Shown here in pieces: positions 17,352 to 25,949 of a stretch of 32,000 nucleotides of DNA. The stretch is from Alkalilimnicola ehrlichii MLHE-1 (GTDB lineage Bacteria > Pseudomonadota > Gammaproteobacteria > Nitrococcales > Halorhodospiraceae): contig NC_008340.1 of NCBI RefSeq assembly GCF_000014785.1, forward strand, positions 3,150,001-3,182,000, read 5' to 3'. Under the pieces are notes generated by a model. It had not been told where the DNA came from and did no database searches. It was given only the letters and a program-made list of their open reading frames with translations. A program made the position numbers and the translations under genes. The stretch's first letter is position 1, and every line of letters begins with the position of its first letter.

Positions 17352-18779
17352 CTATTCGGCCTGTCGGGCCCTAGCGCCCTCCAAACCCACCGCCACCCCG
17401 TCCCAGGCGGCATTGATACGCTTCTGCTGCTTCTGCAACGCACGGGAGAGCACCACCTCCCCGGTCTTGACGAAGCGTTCGTGGTTCTCCTCCACGGCCT
17501 CGGCGATATAGCGGTAGTTCACCATCATGCCGTAGGAGGCCTGTAGCCGCGTCGCTGAATGATCGGAAAAGGCGTTGACCTGCTCCAACCGCGCGCCGTT
17601 GCTGAGGTGGAAGCGCGCCACCGGATCGGCCACGGTATCGTTGCGGCGCACACGGGTGAGATAGGCCTGCACCAGGCGGCGCATGGGTGCGGCCAGCACG
17701 TCAGCATGGACCAGTGGCGCCTCCAGCAACCGGTACAGGGCAGCCACCGGATCGGAGACCCCCGCCGCGTCGGTGAGCGCCTCGGCGTCCTCCTGAAGCA
17801 GCGCGGCGATCCGCTCGCGGGTAAAGCCGTCGGCGTAATCCCCCTCCATGCGCAGCGCCCGGGAGAACCCGGGGATGGGGGAAAGCGTGGCATAGCGCTC
17901 CACATGGGGAAACTCGCTGATGAGCTCGCCCATCACCTGCTTGAGGAGGAAGTTGCCGAAGGAGACCCCCCTCAGTCCCACCTGACAGTTGCTGATGGAG
18001 AAGAAGATGGCGGTGTCCGCCTCACGGGTGTCCACCACCGGGGCATCCGGCGCCAGCAGCGGCGCAGTGTGGGTGGCCAGGCCCTGTACCAGGGCCACCT
18101 CCACGAAGATCAGGGGCTCATCCGGCAACGCTGGGTGAAAGAAGCCGAAGCAGCGGCGGTCGGCCGCCAGGCGCCGGCGCAGGTCATCCCAGCCCTGGAT
18201 GGCGTGCACCGACTCATACTGGATCAGCTTTTCCATCAGGCGCGCGGGGCTGCGATCCCAGCTGATCCGCTGCAACTGCAGAAAACCGGGGTTGAACCAG
18301 GACTTCAGCAGGTGCTGGAAGTCCGTGTTCACCGGCCCCAGGTCCGGGTTGTCTTTCAGCTGGCGGAGCAGGGTCTCGCGCAGCCGGACCAAGACCCGGG
18401 TGCCGTCCGGGGCCCCGTTCAGACGCCGGAAGACCTCCTGGCGCGGCGGCTCCACCACCCGCAACAGCTCCTGCAGGTCCGCCGGCTCGTCGCTCTCACG
18501 GAAGCGTTCTGCCGCCGCCAACACCGCCTCCCGGTCGGGGCCGAAGCGATGGGCCAGCAGCTTAAGGAAGCGGGTCTTGCCCGCCTCATCCAGGCTGTCC
18601 ACCGCCCGCACCACCTCACGCGCCAAAGCCACCCCGGAGGCCTCGCCGCGGCTGGTCAGCAGCGCGCGGCAGTTCTCCTCCAGCCGTTCCATGATATCCG
18701 GGCTCTGGTTCAGCCGGGACAGGCCCAGCCCCCGGTCCGCCACCTGGTCCACCAGGCGATTCCACCATCGGTTTCTCAT
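17352..18779 (-). CDS. Malonyl-CoA decarboxylase family protein (475 aa)
   Basis: MRNRWWNRLVDQ..., SPARLMEKLIQYESVHAIQGWDDLRRRLAADRRCFGFFHPALPDEPLIFVEVAL, NCQVGLRGVSFGNFLLKQV, TLSPIPGFSRAL, FHLSNGARLEQVNAFSDHSATRLQASYGMMVNYRY. True start (CAT at 18777-18779) forms an ATGA overlap with the upstream TRAP gene; the ORF-track start at 19829 is an artefact. Confidence 0.94.
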   Translation of the reverse strand: MRNRWWNRLVDQVADRGLGLSRLNQSPDIMERLEENCRALLTSRGEASGVALAREVVRAVDSLDEAGKTRFLKLLAHRFGPDREAVLAAAERFRESDEPADLQELLRVVEPPRQEVFRRLNGAPDGTRVLVRLRETLLRQLKDNPDLGPVNTDFQHLLKSWFNPGFLQLQRISWDRSPARLMEKLIQYESVHAIQGWDDLRRRLAADRRCFGFFHPALPDEPLIFVEVALVQGLATHTAPLLAPDAPVVDTREADTAIFFSISNCQVGLRGVSFGNFLLKQVMGELISEFPHVERYATLSPIPGFSRALRMEGDYADGFTRERIAALLQEDAEALTDAAGVSDPVAALYRLLEAPLVHADVLAAPMRRLVQAYLTRVRRNDTVADPVARFHLSNGARLEQVNAFSDHSATRLQASYGMMVNYRYIAEAVEENHERFVKTGEVVLSRALQKQQKRINAAWDGVAVGLEGARARQAE

Positions 18780-20095
18780 TGTGTTGGTCCCATCAGCATG
18801 TCGGGCAGGCCCGTGGCGATCCACGGGAAGAAGCAAAGGATGACGATGGACAGGAGCATCAGCAGCATGAACGGCAGAGAGCCCCAGAGAATCCGGGACA
18901 GTTTCACGTCCGGCGCGATGCCCTTGAGCACATAGAGATTGAGCCCCACCGGTGGTGTGATCAGACCGATCTCGAGGTTGATGGTCATGATCACGCCGAA
19001 CCAGATGGGATCGAATCCCGCCTCCAGGATGATCGGCAGCAGGATGGGCGCTGTCATCGGGATCACCGCCACCGGCGGCAGAAACAGCCCGGCCAGCAGC
19101 AGGAAGACGTTGATCAGCGCCATCATCACCCAGGGGTTCACGTCCAGTCCGCCGACGGTCTCGGCCACGGCCTGGGTGATGTAGAGCTGCGAGAGCATGA
19201 ACCCGAACAGCCCGGCACACCCGATGATCATCATGATCATCACCGACTCCTTGGTCGTGGTGCGCAGGACGCGCCACAGAGCCCGGGGCTGCCACACCTT
19301 GTAAATGGCGATGACCAGCAGCACGCAGAACACCGCGCCTACCCCGGCCGCCTCGGAAGGCGTCGCCACACCGCCGTACAATGCCCACATGATGAAGACG
19401 ATGACGGCGAAAAAGGGCAGCAGCTTGGGCACCATGGATAGCCGCTCGGCCCAGCTGAAGTGGGTGTTTATGTCCATCCGTGAGAGGGCCCCGTCGCGCC
19501 AGGCGTAGAAGATGGCCCAGGCCGAGAACAGCAGGATCAGCAGGATCCCCGGCCCCACCCCGGCGAGGAACAATCGGCCGATGGAGGTCTCGGTACTCAC
19601 CCCGTAGATGATCATCGTCACACTGGGCGGGATCAGGATCCCCAATGTCGAGCCGGCGCCAATGGCCCCGCAGGTGAGCCCCTCCGGATAGCCGCGGCGG
19701 CGTAGTTCGGGAATACCCATCTTGCCGATCCCGGCACAGGTGGCCGGCGAGGAGCCGTTTAACGCGGAGAACAGACCGCAGGCACCGATGTTGGAGACCA
19801 GCAATCCCCCCGGCAGCTTGTACAACCAACGGTGCAGGGCCTCATAGAGGTCCGCCCCGGCCCGGGATGAGGCGATAGCCGCCCCCATGAGGATGAACAT
19901 GGGGATGGACAGCAGGGTGAACTTATTCATCGAGGCATAAAGCATCTCCCCGACCATCTCAAGGGCAAAGATTCCCTCGAAGAGAAAGAGAAAAAGGACC
20001 GCTGTGGCGCCCAAGGCAAAGGCCACGGGGGTGCCCAGCAGCAGAATGGCCATCAGCACCGCCAGGATGACCAAAGCGAGCATGAACTCATTCAT
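18776..20095 (-). CDS. TRAP transporter large permease, DctM family
   Basis: MNEFMLALVILAVLMAILLLGTPVAFALG, NGSSPATCAGIGKMGIPELRRRGY, GAIGAGSTLGILIPPSVTMIIYGVSTETSIGRLFLAGVGPG, NLEIGLITPPVGLNLYVLKG. Start at 20095 rather than 20155. Confidence 0.96.
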   Translation of the reverse strand: MNEFMLALVILAVLMAILLLGTPVAFALGATAVLFLFLFEGIFALEMVGEMLYASMNKFTLLSIPMFILMGAAIASSRAGADLYEALHRWLYKLPGGLLVSNIGACGLFSALNGSSPATCAGIGKMGIPELRRRGYPEGLTCGAIGAGSTLGILIPPSVTMIIYGVSTETSIGRLFLAGVGPGILLILLFSAWAIFYAWRDGALSRMDINTHFSWAERLSMVPKLLPFFAVIVFIMWALYGGVATPSEAAGVGAVFCVLLVIAIYKVWQPRALWRVLRTTTKESVMIMMIIGCAGLFGFMLSQLYITQAVAETVGGLDVNPWVMMALINVFLLLAGLFLPPVAVIPMTAPILLPIILEAGFDPIWFGVIMTINLEIGLITPPVGLNLYVLKGIAPDVKLSRILWGSLPFMLLMLLSIVILCFFPWIATGLPDMLMGPTQ

Positions 20096-20714
20096 GGTTG
20101 ACTCCCCCGTGCGCCTGGGCCGTCCGGGCCTGTTTTGCCTCCGGCATTGACCCACCGGGCTGCTCCGATTGAGACTCCGACTGCTCCTTGAGCAGCTGTT
20201 CTGCCTCCATGCTGAACGGCTCCTCGACCCCCATCACAATGGCGGCCGTCTGGGCAATGTACTGCAGGGCCAGCAGGATCATGCCCAGGGGGAGGAAGGT
20301 CATCGGGATCCACAGCCGCGGCGCCCAGACGCTGTAGGAGCGCCAGCCGGTCTCGTAATACTCGAGCCAGAGCATGAAACCGGTGTAGGCCACGATGACA
20401 ATGAAGGCGAAGGCGATAAAGTTGCCGATCACGGCAAGCGCGATCCTGCCCTTGGGCCCGAGCAGCATGGGCAGCAGGTCCACATTGACGTGGCCGCGCT
20501 CGTGCAGGACGTAGGGGCTAGCCAGCAGAGTGGCACCGATCAGCATGAAGGTGACGAACTCGGTCTGCCAGTATGTGGACTCTCCCAGCACATAACGCAT
20601 GAACACCATCTGGCAGACCACCAGGGCCCCCACGACGATCATCAGCGAGGCGACCGCTGCCGCGATCCGGGAAAGAGCTGTAACCCCGCGAATAAACCAA
20701 AGCATCATTCTCAC
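20088..20714 (-). CDS. TRAP transporter small permease, DctQ family
   Basis: Four-TM protein with QMVFMRYVLGESTYWQTEFVTFMLIGATLLASPYVLHERGHVNVDLL, the DctQ signature; overlaps the large permease start. Confidence 0.94.
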   Translation of the reverse strand: MRMMLWFIRGVTALSRIAAAVASLMIVVGALVVCQMVFMRYVLGESTYWQTEFVTFMLIGATLLASPYVLHERGHVNVDLLPMLLGPKGRIALAVIGNFIAFAFIVIVAYTGFMLWLEYYETGWRSYSVWAPRLWIPMTFLPLGMILLALQYIAQTAAIVMGVEEPFSMEAEQLLKEQSESQSEQPGGSMPEAKQARTAQAHGGVNHE

Positions 20715-20818
20715 TCCCGATGGCGGGTGCCACGCGAGCGCAACAACCCGGCTTGCTTACCTTTAGACTCCCGCGCCGAGCATTCCGCCCGGCGCGGGCC
20801 GTTGGGGAGTGAATCGCG

Positions 20819-21847
20819 TTATTCTACTTCCAGGGCCATATCGAGCAGTTCCTGGCCGCCCTCCACATCGCGCACGAAGTTGGCGTAAGAGCTGCGCTCG
20901 GCGATCTCACGCCAGGCATTGAAGTCGTCCTCGGTCATGTAAACCACCTGCCGGCCGTGCTCCTCGTAGACCTCGGCGAAGCGCTTATCGGCCTCAATGG
21001 CGGCATGATAGGCGAACTCTTCGGCTTCCTGGCCCGCCTCCAGCAACACAGCCTGCTGCTCTTCGTCGAGGCGATCCCAGATGCGGGTGGAGACCAAAAT
21101 CGGCTGGTACATGAACCACAGGGCGTAGTCACCCGGCGGGGTCACGCACTCCAGCTGCTCGTAGAGGCGGAAGGAGACAAAGCTTGCGGAGCTGGTGTTG
21201 GCGGAGTCCAGCACCCCGGTCTGCAGCCCGGTATAGATATCGGAGCTGGGCATGGAGGCGATGGATGCCCCGGCCTCGGCCAGCATCTGCTCGAAGGCGG
21301 CGCCGGCGGCACGGATGTTGATGCCGTCCACGTCGTCCGGATGCAGGATGCACTGCTTAGTGGAGCCAAAACCCCCGGCCAGCCAGGTATGTGCCAGCAC
21401 CTTCACGCCGTGCTCGAGCATGATCTCTTCCAGCCGCTCCATGAAGGGCGACTCGTTAATCCGCCGCGCGTGATCGTGATTGCGGACCAGGCCCGGCATC
21501 AGGGTCAGGTTCACCTCCGGCACACGGCCACCGACATAGGCCAGCGGCAACGCAGTGATGGCCAGCCGGCCACGGGACAGTGCCGGCCACTGCTCACGGG
21601 GCTGGTACAGGGAAGCGCCGGGGTAGACGCGCACCTGCAGGCCCACATCGGCCTCCTCCGCTCGGTTCGCGATGATCTGGACCATCTCGTCACGGACGTC
21701 ACCCTGACCGCCTGGCCACTGGTGGGAGGCGTCCAGCCGCATCTGCGCTTGCGCACTCATGGGCCAGACGAGCGCCGCAGCCAGGGCACACATCGTGACG
21801 GTAACTGCAAATGCCCAACGGGGGCGATAGGTTTTTTTTGACGACAT
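20819..21847 (-). CDS. TRAP transporter substrate-binding protein, DctP family
   Basis: Signal peptide AFAVTVTMCALAAALVWPMSAQA; QWPALSRGRLAITALPLAYVGGRVPEVNLTLMPGLVRN, GTKQCILHPDDVDGINIRAAG, GVLDSANTSSASFVSFRLYEQLECVTPPGDYALWFMYQPILVS. Confidence 0.92.
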   Translation of the reverse strand: MSSKKTYRPRWAFAVTVTMCALAAALVWPMSAQAQMRLDASHQWPGGQGDVRDEMVQIIANRAEEADVGLQVRVYPGASLYQPREQWPALSRGRLAITALPLAYVGGRVPEVNLTLMPGLVRNHDHARRINESPFMERLEEIMLEHGVKVLAHTWLAGGFGSTKQCILHPDDVDGINIRAAGAAFEQMLAEAGASIASMPSSDIYTGLQTGVLDSANTSSASFVSFRLYEQLECVTPPGDYALWFMYQPILVSTRIWDRLDEEQQAVLLEAGQEAEEFAYHAAIEADKRFAEVYEEHGRQVVYMTEDDFNAWREIAERSSYANFVRDVEGGQELLDMALEVE

Positions 21848-21984
21848 CAGTACTTCCTCCTGGTCTTCCTCTCGTTTAACCGGCCGTGGGCGGAATAGTT
21901 ATGAGGTGTCCCGCGGCAACGGTTGCTTGGTGCTGCATTTTTCGCTGCTTCTTATCGCACGGCCTTCTCGCGGGCCGTTCTCTG

Positions 21985-22011
21985 TCCGTGCCCGCCCGGG
22001 GCCGGCACGGA
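21985..22011. other. Hairpin between the GntR-type regulator and dctP-like gene
   Basis: TCCGTGCC-cgcccggggcc-GGCACGGA, 8-bp perfect stem downstream of the regulator gene and upstream of the TRAP operon. Confidence 0.4.
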
Positions 22012-22062
22012 GGTCCGAATAATTCATCAACGGCTCGCCGGCCGTCTCTGGTGGGGGCGTCT

Positions 22063-22722
22063 TCAGTGGCGGGCGGCCTCCTTTTCCATCAGCGTCCGGC
22101 CCTGCTCCAGCAGGTGGTGCTTCATCTGCGCATCGGCGGCTTCGGCATCGCCCTTACGGAAGGCCGCCATTAGGTCGCGGTGCTCCTGCAGCGAGTCCTG
22201 TAGGCGGCCGGGGGCCTTGAGCTGGCGGTGGCGGGCGAGAATCAGAATCCGCCGCAGGTCGGCGGCCACCCGCTGCAGGTAGGGGTTGCCACACAACTCC
22301 TGAAGGCGGGTGTGAAACTCGTAGTTGTGCTCGTAGTAACGGTCGATGTCGCCCTCCGCGGCGGCGTCCTCCAGGTTCTGGTGGATACGCTCCAGGTTCG
22401 CCATCTCCTTCCCGTCGGTGCGCTTCACCGCCTCGCCGGCAATCAGCCCCTCCAGTACCGCCATGACCGGAAACAACTGCTCCAGGTCCTTGTGCTCCAG
22501 CACCCGGACCCGACAGCCGCGACGCGGCTCAAGGATGACCAGCCCATCGGCATCCAGGATCTTCAACGCCTCGCGGACCGGCGTGCGGCTCACGCCCAGT
22601 TCCTCGGCCAGGGTCACCTCATCGATGCGATCCCCCGGGCGCAGCTCCTGCTGGAAGATACGTTTCCGCACCAGGTCCGCGACCTGGCTGTACAACGCTG
22701 GTGATTTGAGTGTTCCCACCAT
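22063..22722 (-). CDS. GntR-family transcriptional regulator with FCD domain (MatR-like by context)
   Basis: VADLVRKRIFQQELRPGDRIDEVTLAEELGVSRTPVREALKILDADGLVILEPRRGCRVRVLEHKDLEQLFPVMAVLEGLIAGEAV is a GntR wHTH followed by FCD. Start at 22722 (MVGTLKSPALYSQ) rather than 22800. Confidence 0.92.
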   Translation of the reverse strand: MVGTLKSPALYSQVADLVRKRIFQQELRPGDRIDEVTLAEELGVSRTPVREALKILDADGLVILEPRRGCRVRVLEHKDLEQLFPVMAVLEGLIAGEAVKRTDGKEMANLERIHQNLEDAAAEGDIDRYYEHNYEFHTRLQELCGNPYLQRVAADLRRILILARHRQLKAPGRLQDSLQEHRDLMAAFRKGDAEAADAQMKHHLLEQGRTLMEKEAARH

Positions 22723-22773
22723 CTCGGCTGCCCTCCTGCAGACCTTTTCCGGGGAGGATGCTTGTCGCTTGTA

Positions 22774-22796
22774 ATTACGAATGTATAATTCATAAT
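22774..22796. promoter_or_regulatory. Candidate operator palindrome in the divergent regulator / malonyl-CoA synthetase intergenic region
   Basis: ATTACGAAT-GTATA-ATTCATAAT (8/9 complementary arms), within CTTGTAATTACGAATGTATAATTCATAATGCAAG (22768-22801); AT-rich island in very high GC DNA. Confidence 0.6.
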
Positions 22797-22894
22797 GCAA
22801 GACGTCAAGAACAACAGACCGCCGTCCCCGAAGCCCGCAGGGCCCATCTCAGAAGAAGCGGGACGCCCGATTGACACGTTAATGGAGGAACCCT

Positions 22895-24433
22895 ATGACC
22901 GCCCCACAGCCCAATGAGCAGGCGCCGGAGAACCTCTACGGCCTGCTCCAGAGCCGCAGTCAGGACCGCGACGAACAGGTGTTCCTGGAGGTACCGAACG
23001 GCCGGAACTGGACTTATGGCCAGGCCCACCAACACGCCGCCCGGCTCGCCGGCCTGCTCCGCCAGCTGGGCGTCCAGCCCGGGGACCGGGTGGCCGTGCA
23101 GGTGGACAAGAGCCCCGAGGCCATCTGCCTCTACCTGGCCTGTCTGCGGGCGGGGGCTGTGTTCCTGCCGTTGAACACCGCTTACATGCGCACGGAGCTG
23201 GAGTACTTTCTGCACGATGCAGAGCCGAGTCTGGCGGTGGTGCGGCCGGCCGGCGAGGAGACCCTGCGGGAGCTGGCCGAGGCGAAGGGCGGCACCCGGG
23301 TGGAGACCCTGGATGCCAACGGCGGCGGCAGCCTGATGCGCACCCTGTCGGAACAGGCCCCCGAGCCGCTCCCGCCCCACCCGGTCAGCCGCGATGACCT
23401 GGCCTGCATCCTCTACACCTCGGGGACCACCGGCCGGCCCAAGGGCGCGATGCTCTCCCACGGCAACCTGGCGGCCAACGCCCTGGCGCTAGAGGAGGCC
23501 TGGGGCTGGCGGCAGGATGACGTGCTGATTCACGCCCTGCCCATCTTCCATGTGCACGGGCTGTTCGTGGCCATGCACTGCGCCATGATGGGCGCCTCCA
23601 AGGTCTATTTCCTGCCCCGCTTCGATGCCGATCAGGTGCTGCAACTGCTCCCGCGGGCAACCGTGCTGATGGGTGTGCCCACCTTCTACACCCGTTTGCT
23701 GCAGCAGCCGGAACTGAACCCGGAGCTGTGCCGCAACATGCGTCTGTTCATCTCCGGCTCCGCACCACTGCTGGAGGAGACCTTCCAGCAGTGGTACGAG
23801 CGCACCGGGCACCCCATCCTGGAGCGCTACGGCATGACCGAGACCGGCATGAACATCTCCAATCCGCTGGAGGGTGAACGTCGCCCGGGCACCGTGGGCT
23901 TCCCCCTGCCCGGTGTAGAGGTCCGCATCGTCGACACCGAGGGCCACGAGTTGCCCCCCGGCGAGGTAGGCTCACTCCAGGTGAAAGGCCCCAACGTCTT
24001 TTCCGGCTACTGGCGCCTGCCCGAGAAGACCGCCGAGGAGTTCACCGACGACGGCTATTTCATCACCGGCGACATGGCCACCGTCAGCGAGGACGGCTAC
24101 TACGCCATCGTCGGCCGGGCCAAAGACCTGGTCATCACCGGCGGCTACAACGTCTACCCCAAGGAGGTGGAGGGCTTCATCGACGGCCTGGACGGAGTGC
24201 GGGAGTCCGCGGTGATCGGCCTGCCCCACCCGGACTTCGGCGAACAGGTGGCGGCGGTGGTGGTTCCCGAGAAGGCCGGTCCCAAGTTGGACGAAGCGGC
24301 GGTCATCCACCAGCTCAAGGGCGAACTGGCGGGCTACAAGGTCCCGAAGGCGGTGTTCTTCGTGGACGAGTTGCCCCGCAACGCCATGGGCAAGGTACAG
24401 AAGAACGTCCTGCGCGAGCAGTACACCCGCTGA
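22895..24433 (+). CDS. Malonyl-CoA synthetase (MatB-like acyl-CoA ligase)
   Basis: ENLYGLLQSRSQDRDEQVFLEVPNGRNWTYGQ, DLACILYTSGTTGRPKGAMLSHGNLAANALAL, ALPIFHVHGLFVAMHCAMMGASKVYFLPRFD, YGMTETGMNISNPLEGERRPGTVGFPLPGVEVRI, RAKDLVITGGYNVYPKEVEGFID; context next to the decarboxylase supports MatB. Confidence 0.93.
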   Translation: MTAPQPNEQAPENLYGLLQSRSQDRDEQVFLEVPNGRNWTYGQAHQHAARLAGLLRQLGVQPGDRVAVQVDKSPEAICLYLACLRAGAVFLPLNTAYMRTELEYFLHDAEPSLAVVRPAGEETLRELAEAKGGTRVETLDANGGGSLMRTLSEQAPEPLPPHPVSRDDLACILYTSGTTGRPKGAMLSHGNLAANALALEEAWGWRQDDVLIHALPIFHVHGLFVAMHCAMMGASKVYFLPRFDADQVLQLLPRATVLMGVPTFYTRLLQQPELNPELCRNMRLFISGSAPLLEETFQQWYERTGHPILERYGMTETGMNISNPLEGERRPGTVGFPLPGVEVRIVDTEGHELPPGEVGSLQVKGPNVFSGYWRLPEKTAEEFTDDGYFITGDMATVSEDGYYAIVGRAKDLVITGGYNVYPKEVEGFIDGLDGVRESAVIGLPHPDFGEQVAAVVVPEKAGPKLDEAAVIHQLKGELAGYKVPKAVFFVDELPRNAMGKVQKNVLREQYTR

Positions 24434-24575
24434 GGCCGGGCGATCGGGCGCGCCCGGGGCAACCCCGGGGTGCGCCTGCGGCCGGCTCCCGTTGTACAAT
24501 AGCGCGCAAAAGCCACCGAGCTGGGTAAGATGCGCGCAAGACCAAGGGCCCAGCCCACACCAGGGAGTACGCACC

Positions 24576-24836
24576 GTGCCTGATCCTCAGACCCACGACC
24601 GCACCGATCTCATCGAGCCCAACGCCGCCAACCGCTACGAGATCACGCAGGACGACTTGCCGCTCTCCTGCCCCATGCCGGGTATGTACCTGTGGAACTC
24701 CCACCCCAAGGTTTACCTGCCGATCCATGAGACGGGCGAGGAGATCTGCCCCTACTGCGGCGCCCACTATGTGCTGAAGGACCCGGTCGGCGACCTCACC
24801 ACCCTCCGCAAAGGGCGGCGGCAGTCCGAGAAGTAA
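24576..24836 (+). CDS. Small zinc-finger domain protein
   Basis: GTG start with upstream CAGGGAG; LPLSCPMPGMYLWNSHPKVYLPIHETGEEICPYCGAHYVLKD has C...H...CPYC zinc-binding pattern. Confidence 0.88.
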   Translation: MPDPQTHDRTDLIEPNAANRYEITQDDLPLSCPMPGMYLWNSHPKVYLPIHETGEEICPYCGAHYVLKDPVGDLTTLRKGRRQSEK

Positions 24837-24860
24837 GCCCATCGCCATCATGTTGCCTCA

Positions 24861-25949
24861 GTGCCCGCATCCATCTGCGGCGGCCCCGGCCGCCTGCCCG
24901 CCGTGGTAGCCGCCGGCAACGACACCCCGCAGGGTGCGGTGCTGGTGGTCGGCCCCGCCTGGGTGGGCGACATGGTGATGGCTCAGAGCCTGTTCATCAC
25001 CCTGCGCCAGCGTCGGCCCGGCCCGGAGGTCGATGTCATCGCCCCGGCATGGAGCCTGCCGCTGCTGGAACGCATGCCGGAGGTGCGGCGCGCCATCCCG
25101 CTGCCGGTGGCCCATGGCGAGCTGGCCCTGGGCAAGCGCTGGCGGCTGGGGCGCTCATTGCGCCAGCGCGGCTACCAGCAGGCCATCGTGCTGCCGCGCT
25201 CGGCCAAGGCGGCGCTCCCGGTGCTGGCCGCCGGCGTCCCCCGACGTACCGGCTACAAGGGCGAGCACCGCTACGGGCTGTTGAACGACATCCGGCCGCT
25301 GGACCGCAAGGCGCTCTACCGGACCGTGGACCGGTTCGTCGCGCTGGGCCACGAGGCCGATGCGCCATTGCCACCACCGATCCCCGAACCGCGCCTGGCC
25401 GTCACCGCTGACGGGCGCCGGCAGGCGCGCTCGGAACTGGGCCTGGCCAGCGACGATGCCCCGGTGCTGGCCCTCTGCCCCGGCGCCGAGTACGGTCCGG
25501 CCAAACGCTGGCCGCCGGAGTACTTCGCCGAGGTGGCGCGGGAGCGGCTGGCAGCGGGCTGGCAGGTCTGGCTGTTCGGCTCGGACAAGGACCAACCCAT
25601 CACCGGCGGGATCGCCAAGGCCGCGCCGGGGTGCACGGACCTGGCCGGCCGCACGACGTTGGCACAGGCCATCGACCTGCTCGCATCGGCGGCTGTGGTG
25701 GTCAGCAACGATTCCGGCCTGATGCACGTGGCCGCGGCCACCGGCCGGCCGGTGGTGGCCCTGTACGGCTCCTCCGACCCGGGATATACCCCGCCGCTCA
25801 GCGCCCGCGCCCGCGTTCTTTACCTGGGCCTGGACTGTAGCCCCTGCTTCCAGCGCGAATGCCCGCTGGGGCATCTCAACTGCCTGCGGCAGATGCACCC
25901 GGCCCGGGTGCTGGAGGCGATCACCGCCCTGCACCGGGAGGCGAGCTGA
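24861..25949 (+). CDS. waaF: Lipopolysaccharide heptosyltransferase II (GT9)
   Basis: VLVVGPAWVGDMVMAQSLFITLRQRRPGPEVDVIAPAWSLPLLERMPEVRRAI, YQQAIVLPRSAKAALPVLAAGVPRRTGYKGEHRYGLLND, LCPGAEYGPAKRWPPEYFAEVA, SNDSGLMHVAAATGRPVVALYGSSDP. Start may be GTG at 24939. Confidence 0.93.
   Translation: MPASICGGPGRLPAVVAAGNDTPQGAVLVVGPAWVGDMVMAQSLFITLRQRRPGPEVDVIAPAWSLPLLERMPEVRRAIPLPVAHGELALGKRWRLGRSLRQRGYQQAIVLPRSAKAALPVLAAGVPRRTGYKGEHRYGLLNDIRPLDRKALYRTVDRFVALGHEADAPLPPPIPEPRLAVTADGRRQARSELGLASDDAPVLALCPGAEYGPAKRWPPEYFAEVARERLAAGWQVWLFGSDKDQPITGGIAKAAPGCTDLAGRTTLAQAIDLLASAAVVVSNDSGLMHVAAATGRPVVALYGSSDPGYTPPLSARARVLYLGLDCSPCFQRECPLGHLNCLRQMHPARVLEAITALHREAS

Noticed and set aside
17559-18935. 458-aa plus-strand ORF
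   Set aside because: Antisense shadow of the malonyl-CoA decarboxylase.
17352-19829. 825-aa ORF as a single giant protein or TRAP/decarboxylase fusion
   Set aside because: The first ~350 codons are an out-of-frame shadow of the DctM-like gene (low-complexity, His/Arg/Gly-rich). The real decarboxylase starts at 18779.
21886-22282. 95-aa and 119-aa plus-strand ORFs between the DctP-like and GntR genes
   Set aside because: Low-complexity translations partly antisense to the regulator; no credible coding signal.
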